Source of the DNA: Podarcis gaigeae
Lineage: Eukaryota
Strand: one strand, 5' to 3'
Length of the DNA stretch: 64,000 nt
NCBI GenBank assembly: GCA_964106915.2
Contig: OZ066917.1
Position 1 is the first letter of the stretch; every line of letters begins with the position of its first letter. A model generated the notes under the pieces. That model did not search any database. It was given only the letters and a program-made list of their open reading frames with translations, and was not told where the DNA came from. This document shows, in pieces, positions 50,751-62,715 of the stretch. The position numbers and the translations under genes were made by a program.

Positions 50751-53292
50751 CCCAACATCCCTGTGTACAATGGCACTTTAAAATAATCAAGAGGCATTGA
50801 AGAGCTTTCCATCTTATGCATCCACTGACCTTTTGTGGAGACTGTTCTTCCTGAGTGTTTGAGACAGAGAACACACAGCATGTTGTATTCCATGTCATGT
50901 CAGTCATTATTCTCTTTTTGACATCACTTGTGTTCTTAAGTCAATGCATTCTTAATTAATGAGGCATTTGTACTCAATCAAGAAACCATTTAAAATACAC
51001 TTTTAATTTTAATGAGTTTCCTGTGATTAATTATTTCCACATGACTTATTCATATTTTAGGACATTTCATAATTTACACCCTCTTCCCCCTGCACATGCA
51101 GAATAAAACTTGAAATTTGAGAGTAGCTTTGACCCAGTACTTTACCAAAGTGAACATTTCTACATAAGATTGTGTATTTTCTTGCAGAACTTGCCTTTAT
51201 AGGTTTACAGGAACAGAAGTTGCTAATATGTAGCATGTGTACAGTACTAGGCACTGAAATGTGCATGTGTGACTACTGTTATAAGAAATATGTGGTTATA
51301 TGTTCAAGAATATATAGCCATTTTGTTACTCCACCATACTGTCAATTTTGCATAATATTTCTATCATGAAATGTCTTGTTCTCAACAAACATACAAGCTA
51401 TTCTACAGGAACAGCAACTCTAAAGATTCAGTATAAAAATTCTCGTGGCAGCTTCTTCATTCGTTCTGACACTTAGTTCACTCCTTAGTTTTGCCTCAAA
51501 TCTCTTGCCATCTTTTCTAATAAACAGTAAGGGCCTATATTTCCATTTCACTAGGAGTAGGAGACTTGTGGCCAAGCAGAAATTGTTGGTCTCCAACTCC
51601 CATGTCCAATGGTTAGGGGTTGTAGTCCAGCAATGTCTGGCAGGCTACAGGTTCCCCTCCTCTGCTCTACAGAATGCAGAGCTAGTAGGCATGACAAGGA
51701 CTAGGACAAGTCAAGTTAATACATATATTCCCCTCATCATGCTTGCTCCTTGAGGACATGGTGTTACACAAGCTTCCTTTCTAATATGATAGCATGGCTC
51801 GAATTAAAGAGGGGGGCTGTTGTGTTGCTCTGCCCCTTTGCTTCAGCCTTTAGACAGGGTGTGTGATTTGGCTATAATTTGGAGGAACCAGAGGATGGAG
51901 CTTGTGGACTGACCTCCTACCCATTGTTTCATAATTGGAGCCCTGCATGATAGCAAAATGAAATTTCCCTTAGGGGCACAGAAGTTTGGGGTATTGATCT
52001 GGAGATGATAGGCTTTTCCTGGGTACCTAACTGTGAGGGACAGAACATGAGCAACTACCAAAGAAGGACTCTGCTAGCACCCGGATAGTGGATTTTAATC
52101 CTCAAAAAAGAGTGGATTCAAGGCAACACAATACAAAACAATGTTTAAAACAGCATGCCAAGGAAAATTGAGAACGCAACCTTCATACTGCTTCCCAATT
52201 ATCTAAGCAACATACATATTTGAAATAATTCACAGCATATGTCCATTTAGAGCCTCTGCTTATAATTTCAATTACATTTTTTTAAAAAAAAAAATCCAAA
52301 CCACCTCTTTTTCAGTTGTAAGATCTACGAGGCCAAATGAACAAATTTGGCTTCTGTCCATTGACACTTACTGCACTGAAACTGGAAGAGCCTCAAACAC
52401 GAGCACTTCCCATTTGCTAACTAGATGAAAGAAATGAATTTATGTCACTTTAAGAAGAGTGCCTTAATGAGAACAAATACACTTCCTAGTTTTTATATAA
52501 AGAAAAATGATCTGAATCCAACTTTTGAAACAACGTAGCGTACAGCTTTTACATTGGGAATAAAAACAGAGATGGTTTGGTTAGAGATGCACAGAAAAGT
52601 CTGAAAATTAAGGACACTGAGGCAAAATTAATGGATCTCTTAGCAAAAATACTAGAGAAGGAAAGCTTTGGATCCAGTATGTAGGGTAATGTCACAGCTA
52701 AGAGTGTGACATATGAGCTAATCAGCTACAGGCTCAAATTCTCACAAATGAACTACGTGGCTTCAAGCAAGCCACTATTTTTCAGTTTCATTCCTTCCTC
52801 ACTCCTAACCACAATATGGGCATAGTGACATTTATTTTTAAATTTATTTTATCAATAGAAATTTATTTAAAAATTGATCTTATCTATCCCACTGTTCATC
52901 CTAGAAGATTTCAGGGTGGGTAACAACAGTTTAAGATACGATTAAACAACACTTTATTCGTATAATAAACAAATTCACTGATCTCAGGGTAGCTAGCAAC
53001 AATTTAAGTCCTTGACTGAGCTTAAAGAGCTGAGATAATGGGTGTGAAGCACTTTGCCTGAACACTATATAAATGTGATGCATGTTGCACACTTGACCCT
53101 CCCAACATAAGTCAAGTGTTTTCAGTACACAACATGGCAACAACTGACCTGAACAGGGTTAGAGTCTACTGTGGGTGGAACTCTGTGGTGTGCTTCACTC
53201 ATAAACACCAAGGTATCCCTAGCTCAGTTTTTCAAAGGTTTAGCATTGAGGGCTCTGATCTACATTTACAGGGTTGTGCATTGTTCTTTCAA

Positions 53293-53971
53293 ATACCACT
53301 TTCTTATAGATGGCAAGTAGTTATTTATAAAAAAAATCTGCTTCTTTCATGCACATTGGTGGTACCTCAGGTTACAGACACTTCAGGTTACAGATGCTTC
53401 AGGTTACAAACTCCGCTAACCCAGAAATAGTACCTCGGGTTAAGAACTTTGCTTCAGGATGAGAACAGAAATTACGTGGTGGCGGTGCAGCAGCAGCAGG
53501 AGGCCCCATAAGCTAAAGTGGTACCTCAGGTTAAGAACAGTTTCAGGTTAAGAATGGACCTCCAGAACGAATTAAGTTCTTAACCTGAGGTACCACTGTA
53601 GTTTGCTAAGCTGAACCATGGCTTAATGCATATGCATGAACATGCAGGTTCCCAGACAGGAGATCACAGCTGCTTTGCTGCTCCCTGGCCCTTTAGCTCA
53701 GTAGTGATTCAGGATGGCCTGTTCTCCAAACCCGGGCTCATGGTTAAGCTTTCTCCTTCTTAGCCATGACTTATAGCCAGGGTTTATTTAGCTCAGTGCT
53801 CTGCTGAGCTAAAGGGACCAAGGAAGAACATAGCAGGTGTGAGCTCTTCCCTAGGAACCTGCATGTTTATACATGTGCACTAAGCCATGGTTCAGTTTAG
53901 CGTAATATACCAATGTGTGAAAGAAGTATATTTTTATGAATCACTACTTGCCATCTATAAGAAAGCGGTAT
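53293..53971. repeat. Long foldback (inverted-repeat) element carrying a nested MITE
   Basis: 53293-53360 is the reverse complement of about 53908-53971, and 53601-53703 pairs with about 53802-53905. The ORF track shows IPLSYRWQVVI on both strands. Confidence 0.85.
53357..53598 (+). mobile_element. Full-length Tc1/mariner-type MITE
   Basis: TIRs GTGGTACCTCAGGTTA / TAACCTGAGGTACCACTG followed by TA, with internal TTCAGGTTA repeats. Confidence 0.9.
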
Positions 53972-56900
53972 CAGCAACACAAGGCATACAGGAATGAACT
54001 TAATGTGTAAGTGGTAAACATAAATTGCATTTATTTGAAAAATATAAAGAATTCTCCAGTGCTGTGTGTTGACGTTAAACCTATAAAGTTGGCTTACAGG
54101 AGACATTGCTTTTCCAAAGTTCAAAACACAAAGACAATAAAATGTGAAGGTCATTTCGATGTGATAACAGATTAAAGAGTATTCCTTTGTCACAAGGTTT
54201 TCATTCTTGTGGAATAGAATCACACTGGACTTTGCCTTTTATTTGAAATCTTACCTTTTAATAAGTGAACTTTTGAAATTACCTCAGCGAACAAAGGTTC
54301 CTCTTTTACAGTTAAACTTTTAACCCTTGAGGTTGAACTAGTGTAGGCCAAAGGAGAAAACCATCGTGTTTTCACTGAACTTTTTACCCTTTCAAAAAAA
54401 AAAATGCAGACAAGTTTAAAGTTCATACAGTGAGCAAGAGGTCTCTAGTGGGTATTTCTAGTATTATTAACTTCCTGACCTCAGATAATTAAAAGAGAAC
54501 AGTGAAGGCAGTATAGACTCAGGCTCAACTTTGAACTTTTAACCTCTCTTGCAAAACTATTTTGTGTACAAGTAGCATATACACTCAACCCATTTATTAT
54601 TAACTATCCTCCAAACTTGCATGCAAAGTGCAACCTATTTTCAGTATCCATCCAAAATGCTTTGTATTCTTGAATTCCTTAAGGGTTGGGTTTTATCCGA
54701 AAAAGAAAAAAAAATCTCCAATCAAAATAGTACAGTAGGGAGTTGTTGTTTTTAAATCTGGGGTTAGGAAGTACTGCTGGGAAAATAAAAAGGTACTGAT
54801 CCAGAGCCAAACTAGATACACAGCTGTTTCCAGACTGCTGCTATTTGGAGGGCAGCCTTCAATCATACATTGTCAAATTTAGCTTGCACAACTGAAGTGG
54901 GTTTAGTGGTCTTGTGCAAAAATCCACTTGGGCCCCAAACCCAGACTTTTGCAGTAAGGAAGGAATGGGGAACCATTGGGAAGTGTGGGAAAGGAATGGT
55001 TTGACATGATATCTTGTAACCTCCATGGAAAGAAACAATTAAAAAAACTGCACAACTTTTGTGAAAACAAACAAAGATGAACCCTCAATAAACAAGTTGT
55101 CTGGAAGAGCCCATGACTGTGTGTTTTTCTTATGGCAGGTTTTTTTAAATGAAAAACAAGGCTATTGCGGAATATTAAACTAAGAAGTGAAAGAAGTGTA
55201 TGTACAGTATGTAGGGAAAGAACCTACTTCACTCTGTTTCCCAGTGCCCTCTACTTAGGGCCTAATGGCATGTGATGTTAATTGCATCACACCTACTCAC
55301 AGCCACCACACTGTGGTATTAAAAAGTTTAATTGTATGTGCAGGGTCAATTTTAATTTGGAATGCAGAGGGAGGAGGTTTAACCCTTCCCCACCATCCCA
55401 ACTGCAACACAACAAACATCACCTCCTCCATGCTGTAGTTGGCGCACCCCTTGGCACCAAAAGTGAGGGGGTTTTTTAAGCCTAATAGTACTGCAGGGGG
55501 TGGAGAGGGTTCTTTTTGCCATTGCTGAAAAGGATTCCTATTTATATAGCATGAGGAGCAGTTTCAATTAACAAATAGCGAGGAAGGAAATCATTAAGCA
55601 GCTCCTTCCCCTTGCTATGTTCCCCTCCCTTCCATTGCAACCTTCACCATGTTCCCCCCACCCATTTAAAACAATAATATACTGGTACATTGTTTGGCGG
55701 GGGGTGAATACATGCAACCAGTTTGGCTCTCAAGCACTCTTTGCTGCCATTTCTGAGCTTATTTGCTTACAATTGCTTGGATTATATACGTTGCTGTGAT
55801 CTGACTTCATCTGGGGCTTGTCTCTTGCTTGTTCAAGGCATACGAGTCTTGGACAGTATTCCTCAGTATTGTTGTTCCTCAGCTGTCTCCCTTGAGGAAT
55901 AAAAATAGCAGCTTATTACCTGGTTTACCTTTGCCCTCTACTGGCTGTGACATTCAGGAGCTGGAGATGTCAGCTGTCTATTCCCAGAGGCAGCAACAAG
56001 GTTGCCAGGCACTTTCAAAGGTGGGCGACTAGCTCAGATGAGTGACTTGTGACCTCTGAATCCGACTCTGTGGTGATTTCAAGCCGCCTGCTTTCTGGCA
56101 TCGTGAAAATATGATTTCCTCGTTAACGGTGATAACTGTTTCAATAAGTTTTTGGTTTTTTTCAGAAGTATGACACAAAGAATAATTTCTTTTAGAACAT
56201 CTTGGGAAGCTGGAGGCATATTTGTTGCTAATCGTCTGTCTCGAAACAAATGTGGCATAATAACAAATCATTAAAAGTTATCAAAGATAGTAATCCATTT
56301 GTACAAGAAATAAAGTTGTAATGTCTTCACTCCTGAAGCTTTGTAATGTTTTTGATAGGTGTCAGTGGCAGACATTAATGAACAGATGGCTGCCAACTCC
56401 TCCAGCCTCAAATAATATTCACTAGGATGCTTCTGACAATTGTTTTCCATTATCATGATTAAAAGTTTATGAAATAGACTGGCTGACTGGCCTCCCATTG
56501 AGCAGTGACAGTTACAGCAGTTGCACGTTGCATTGTTCTGTGACCACCCTTTGCAATTATTGTATATTTTTTATCATGTTATTTTCCTATTAGCAATTGC
56601 TACCTTAACATTTATTGCTCATGTTTTCTTATGGTCATAACTTTGGGAATAAGAGGTACATAACTGAATAAGAAGTAACTAAATTAAGAGAAGCAATAGC
56701 AAATATTTCACATATGGCATATATTCATTTAATTATTTGAAGTACTTTTATGCTGTTTTTCAGTAGAAAAGGCTGCAGAGCCTCTTACAGATAAATATCA
56801 AAAATTACAGTGTCCATCTTCAGGCTTATAATCTACAAGACATAATAACCCAAGAGGAAAAAGGGATGGGGACGGTGAAGGAAAATAGCATTCACACAGG

Positions 56901-57083
56901 TAGATTAGAATCCCTAAAGGCATATACCATAATAAAAGTTGTTTGCTTTTAAAGTGCTACGAGACTCGGTATTTTCAACTGATTACACTGGACTCAGGTA
57001 TATTCTGCACTTCTGCCTAATGTCTTTGTTAGATTTTAACTTGCAGAGAGTCAGGTACTGCAACATCTCTCTTCTGACAGGTA

Positions 57084-57153
57084 GCCTTTTGACCCAGAGG
57101 AAGTTATTTTTGCAAATTCCTGGCCTTTTGACCCAGAGGAAGTTATTTTTGCA
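57084..57153. repeat. Perfect 31-bp direct duplication with an 8-bp spacer
   Basis: GCCTTTTGACCCAGAGGAAGTTATTTTTGCA at 57084 and 57123. Confidence 0.95.
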
Positions 57154-58308
57154 CCCCCCTCCCCAAGTCATCTCCCATACTATTTTAAATGGTCCCCCAA
57201 TCCTTTGGAGAAGACGGTGAAGGGCTGGAGCGGGCTCCAGAGGGAAGGCTGAAACAGCAACAATCACTCCTCTGGCCTTTATTCTCATGGAAGCTTCCGC
57301 TGGATCAAATCACCTTCTGACAGTGGTGGAACACAACATGTAACATTCAATGGGGGTTTGCAAGCTTTACTTTTATGAGAATGGGATTGACTTTTCTTTT
57401 GTCACATCTCTGAAATACCACTGGAGAATTCTTATGCGCATAAGGCTATGAACAAGAAAGGTTCAAACTTGTATTATTTGCAGTGGTTTTATTTTGCTTT
57501 TGATCTCCAAGGTGCATTTACACATCTCTCTCCCTTTCAAGGTAGCACACCCTACAGTGCACAGGAGCAGGGACTGGTTTTGGCAATGTGAAGCTGACTA
57601 AAGTTGATGCTGACGCTGCCCTTGTCTGAAATCACTGCGAGAGGAGAGCAGCTATTATTAAAGGAATTCAAAGGACACTTGACATAATCGGGTCAGCCAG
57701 AGGTGCATAAACAAGAAGCCAAAGAGGACGCACCACACAGAAATGTGTCTTTTGGTTAGGTACCTGGAAGACACACACTGTGAAGCTTTTATTCACACCT
57801 GCTTGCATGACGATTCTCTCTTCTTCTCTTCACCCCCAGCCCTGTTTTATGTTTTATCAGCCAAGCAATTTTATTCATGGCACTCTGACATGCGAAAGGA
57901 CATTTAAAAAAATGACTACCCAGTTCTTAAGCAAATCTTTCTATTATGGTTATCTTCATAGCAGGAAGATTTCCTTATCCAGGCAGCTTAATGGGTAGGT
58001 ACCCCCACAATTGTGTCCTGCCTGACAGGAAGAAAGAGGCATTTCAGTTTTGCCATGGATGAAGGAAGGAAGGAGATGGAGTTAGAAGAGATGCTGTAGG
58101 TTGTTCTCAATCCCTTAGAAGGAATTGACTTCTGCTGAGATGATGTATTTACTCTGAGGTTTTCTTCACCTTATCGAAATGTTTACAGTACAATGTTTAT
58201 ACTTTATAGATGCTCATTTTGGGTTGTGCAAATACACTATTTTTAATGTACCAGCTTCTTGGAGAGAAACTTAAAATGAGATTGTCCATGAATCAGGCAT
58301 TGGGCAAC

Positions 58309-58339
<31 letters not shown>
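58309..58339. repeat. (AAT)n microsatellite
   Basis: Directly visible. Confidence 0.97.
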
Positions 58340-58340
<1 letters not shown>

Positions 58341-59261
58341 GCATACAATAATTGATGCCAGGCTACTTTATATTTAAATTGCTTCACAAAGGGAGTGATA
58401 CTGAAGTGCAGCATTCCCTTGGAAAACTGAACTAGTGGTGTAGTTGCAGTGTTAAGTCAAATACCACCCAAACAACAAATGAGATCTACAGGCAAGCATG
58501 CATCCTTGCTTACTAAGAGAATACTTAATTTCCAGTTCTTGTCAATGCATAGGGTCAGAGTTATTTATAATAAATTTCATTTTTGGACCCATGCATTTTT
58601 CCTAGTTTAGAATCAATTGCTGTTTAAACTTTAAAGAGTGATTATGTGTTCACTTTTGAAATGAAAGGGCACATAGTTGGCCGCAACACAGTAAGAACAG
58701 ACTTTCTAGTATCAACTCCTTTAAGGGTTTTGACAGGATCAGGCCACTGGGAACAATCTGTGGGTCAGGCACCAGACAGCACTTAAAACAATTATGGTCC
58801 AGGATAGGGTGGGTCAAGTCTACGATATCTAAAACTCCAAGTCAGGGGCACCACTATGTATGTATCACAGCTTTTAGGCAAGGTCAAGTGAAAGTTGAAG
58901 GCTTAGACATGAAATCATGGCCAAGATTGTAAACAATTCTGACAATAGCATGAGGAGAGGAATTTAGCAAATTTGAATCAGGTCCTAGTTCACATTCAGG
59001 ATCATTTATTATTGTCTGTATTCTACAAAATGTGAATGCTGGCAATTACTCTATATCTTACATTTTAAAGTTCTGATTCATGTCTCATTCTGATGAGTTG
59101 CACTGACTGTGCATATTTGGAAAGATTAATTTGGGGTTTCTACTACAACACCCATTCCATATCTTCATATGCATTTTCATCATCTTCCTTCTTTATGTAC
59201 TGCTGTGGCCAGCTGGGCTCTACTTTTGTCTCCTGTAGGCAAAAGAGAAGGATAGGCAAGA

Positions 59262-60300
59262 GATAAGAATTTATGAACAGTCCTGCTGGGTGAGAGGGAC
59301 GCGGGTGGCGCTGTGGGTAAAAGCCTCAGTGCCTAGGGCTTGCCGATCGAAAGGTCGGTGGTTCGAATCCCCGCAGCGAGGTGTGCTCCCATTGCTCGGT
59401 CCCAGCGCCTGCCAACCTAGCAGTTCGAAAGCACCCTCGGGTGCAAGTAGATAAATAGGGACCGCTTTCTAGCGGGAAGGTAAACGGCGTTTCCGTGTGT
59501 GGCTCTGGCTCGCCAGAGCAGCGATGTCACGCTGGCCACGTGACCCAGAAGTGTCTTCGGACAGCGCTGGCCCCTGGCCTCTTGAGTGAGATGGGCGCAC
59601 AACCCCAGAGTCTGGCAAGACTGGCCCGTACGGGCAGGGGTACCTTTACCTTTACCTTTTACCTGCTGGGTGAGACCAAAGGTCTGTTCTGTCCTGGAAG
59701 TCCACCAGCAGGGCTTGAAGTGAATAGCCCTCTTCTCATTGTTCCCCATGCTGTCTCTGAAACTGGGGATTGCATTTAGCAGTTATAAATGATAGCCATC
59801 AGAGATATGCATTTCATGAAGGAGGCCAATCCTTTAAAAAGTTTTCTAAGCTAGTGGCCACCATAACATTCTGTGGTTGCAAATTCACATATTAATTACA
59901 TTTTGTGCCAACAAGCATTTCCACTCTCTGTCCCTGAATCTACTGCTAGTCGATTACACTGGAAGACTCCAAAATCCAGTATTAAGAGAAAATTATAAAA
60001 GTTCCCCTGTATCTACTTTCTGCACACAGCTATCATCTCCTTTCTTTCCCCTTAAATTCAAGAGACCCTTTCACATTTTCTTAAAGAGAAGGTGGTTCCC
60101 CATCTCCCTGATTATTACACCCCTTTTCAGGTTGGTGATTTTCTTTTTCAGATGGAGCTACTCAAGCTATACTCAAATATGGCTGCACATGTGAGTATAG
60201 TATAAGGACATTGTGGTACTTGCAAGTATACTTTACATCCCTTTCCTAATGATTCTTAGCATGGCATCTGCCGTTTTCTAACATAGAGTTGACATTTTGA
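59262..60300 (-). mobile_element. Old CR1 LINE 3' portion, interrupted by a SINE
   Basis: Reversed CR1 tail (ATAAGAA..CCTGCTGGGTGAGACCAAAGGTC) followed by decayed ORF2 motifs (AAGCTAGTGGCCACCA, TCTGTCCCTGAATCTACTG). Confidence 0.75.
59296..59661 (+). mobile_element. Sauria SINE, full-length and young
   Basis: GGGACGCGGGTGGCGCTGTGG head, B box, (ACCTTT)n tail, and a perfect 14-bp TSD CCTGCTGGGTGAGA. Confidence 0.96.
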
Positions 60301-61432
60301 CTCTATGACAAAACTAATCTGATAAGACAATCCTTGTATATGTCAGGGGTGGAAAATTGGTGGAGCAGGCTGGAACTGGTCCAAAAAGACTTTTTGAGTA
60401 GCCCGTCATCCCCTTACAACATTTCTTGGTTGTTATGGCAGCAGTGACAACATGGTTGGTTTAAAATATCCTCCACGAAGTGTAGTGGTAGCAAAGGTAC
60501 TAGCAGTGGGGACATTATCCCTGGTGGGGTTATCCTAAGTGTTATCCTTGGTGGGGGGAACCTCCCCCCAACTACATAGTATCTGGAAATAATCCTCACT
60601 AAGATTCAGCCTCTTAAACAGTTTATAAACATCTTCATGGGAGCATTTCTGGAGAGCTTGGGGATCATCAGAGGAGCATTGTCAACATTTGGTCAAGATC
60701 AGAAGAGATAGACTTCCCACATCTCCCTTTACAACTCCAAGGAAGAAGAGCTCCAGGCAGGGCAAGAGCTGCACACAGGTGAAGTGCTTTGTCTGCCTAC
60801 TTCCCCTTCCCTGCCACAGCTCAAAGCAAAACAGACAAGTCAATAGCAACTCTAACAAACGTTTCAATTGCACTCCATGCAGCAAGTTACTATTATCCTG
60901 GTCTGTGAGAATCTTGGCCTATGTTAATTTTGTCACACTAAATAGCATCTCCACATTGAACTTGCAGCTGAGCAAGAGGTGTGTGAACTGTGTGTGTGTG
61001 TGTTTAGGGTGTGTGGTGGTGTTAAGTGTGGTGTGTGATTGTGTGTGTCTTAAGGGCGTGTGTTGTCTGGTCCAGACACTTTTGGAATGCACCTTCTGAT
61101 AGATTTTGACCTCGGTAATATGGACCTTGACCTGAAAAATGTTACCCATGAACCTCATTTGCCATTTTTTTGCTCATTTACTGAGTATATTGTTATGAGT
61201 TTGTGGGATGCAAAATATCCTAAATTCCAGGGTCCAATTAAAGTTAGACTTAATGAAGGTTTGGGCAATGAAATTGTGCCAAACACTGAAGCCCTGGATG
61301 CAGTTTATGTTAAAATACAAGCCAGGCCAGCCTGGTGATAGCTTGTTGATTGTGGGTTATTAGGGGAACAAAGCCTAGTCATGGCCAGGTAGGTGAACCA
61401 TTAAATGAGACATTAGCAGGCAAAGAATATGC

Positions 61433-62715
61433 GAAATTCTGTCAGACTCCTTTCCTTCCCCAGGGCTACAATTGTTTTGCACAAAGATACGTCAACTTGT
61501 GGTGCTGTGGGTTAAACCACAGAGCCTAGGACTTACCGATCAGAAGGTCGGCAGTATCCGCCCTCCCTTCCCCACACATGGGCAGGGTTTGCGGCACCAA
61601 GCGAGGCTCACCTGGGCGGGTGCCACCCACCTGCTTGAGCTGGCCTTTGACCCGCCCTCGGCCAGGGAGGACAATGGACGGCTGGCCGGGGGTGGGCCTA
61701 AGGCCAAAAGAAAAGAGGCTGACCCCTGAGCTCAAGCCTCTTTTGCTGTTCTTCCTTCTGGGATCCCCGTGACGGAGTGAGCGCCAGTTGTTCGGTCCCA
61801 GCTCCTGCCAACCTAACAGTTCGAAAGCACGTCAAGTGTAAGTACATAAATAGGCACCGCTCCGGCGGGAAGGTAAACAGTGTTTCCGTGCGCTGCTCTG
61901 GTTCGCCAGAAGCGGCTTAGTCATGCTGGCCACATGACCCGGAAGCTGTACGCTGGCTCCCTTGGCCAATAAAGCGATATGAGCACCGCAACCCCAGAGT
62001 CAGTCATGACTGGACCTAACGGTCAGGGGTCCCTTTACCCTTTACCTTATGGCAACTTGGGCTTTCAGAGGATCTCCTGGGTGCTGTGGCTTTTTCAATC
62101 ACCATGGCCATGTTAAAAACTAGGCTATGGGACATAGATCTCCAGGAACTAATCTCAGCTGCGGGGAAAACATGTCCCCCTCTTTATTTTCGACTCTCTT
62201 AGGTGCAGGAATTTAACCTTAATTATTTACAATTTTTGTTTAACCTGCAGGAAAGAAGGGCTTTTTCGCTGGCTAGGTTCAGTTGTAATCCTTCTAACCT
62301 CCTTTGGGGTAGGTTTGCGGGTATGGCAGAAGGAGATAGGATCTGCCCATGTGATGCCCACCTGGTGGAAACTCTAGCTCACATGGCCCTTAAGTGTAAA
62401 ATGTATGATGATCTCTGCCAACAATACTTAGACCACCTATGTATCCCAATATGGAAACCTGAGACAGAGGTTATACGCTTCTTATTACAGGGGAGAGACC
62501 AGGAGCTCACCAAGACAGTAGCTAAGTTCCTCTATTTGATTTTCTGCTGCCAAAGTATGCTACCAGCCCTTGCTGGAGACTACAGAGGTGAAATAGATTG
62601 CTCGCCTTTTCTTCCCTTTGGCAAATGACTGTATTGTTGAAATGGCGATGAGATCGCATTGGCCTATTTGTTCTGAATGTTTGTAAGTGATGCCAATAAA
62701 GGTTTGATGGAAGAA
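61433..62715 (+). mobile_element. 5'-truncated non-LTR retrotransposon (RTE-X-like), ORF2 C-terminus
   Basis: With the SINE removed it reads ILSDSFPSPGLQLFCTKIRQL|GLSEDLL..LKTRLWDIDLQEL..RRAFSLARF..RICPCDAHLVETLAHMALKC (Cys/His knuckle). It has a 3' AATAAAGG and a TSD AATATGC. Confidence 0.8.
61500..62047 (+). mobile_element. Sauria SINE (different subfamily) with a 207-bp insert in its B box
   Basis: Head GTGGTGCTGTGGGTTAAACC, body CTGCCAACCTAACAGTTCGAAAGCAC, CCTTTA tail, and a decayed TSD TACGTCAACTTG / TATGGCAACTTG. Confidence 0.92.

Noticed and set aside
60689-61099. Cys-rich ORF (KCFVC, CTPCSK) as a zinc-finger protein or transposase
   Set aside because: The spacing fits no domain I can name, and the second half derives from a degenerate (GT)n tract.
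62203-62628. 141-aa ORF as a host gene
   Set aside because: It is the C-terminus of a truncated LINE ORF2, with an in-frame stop just upstream.
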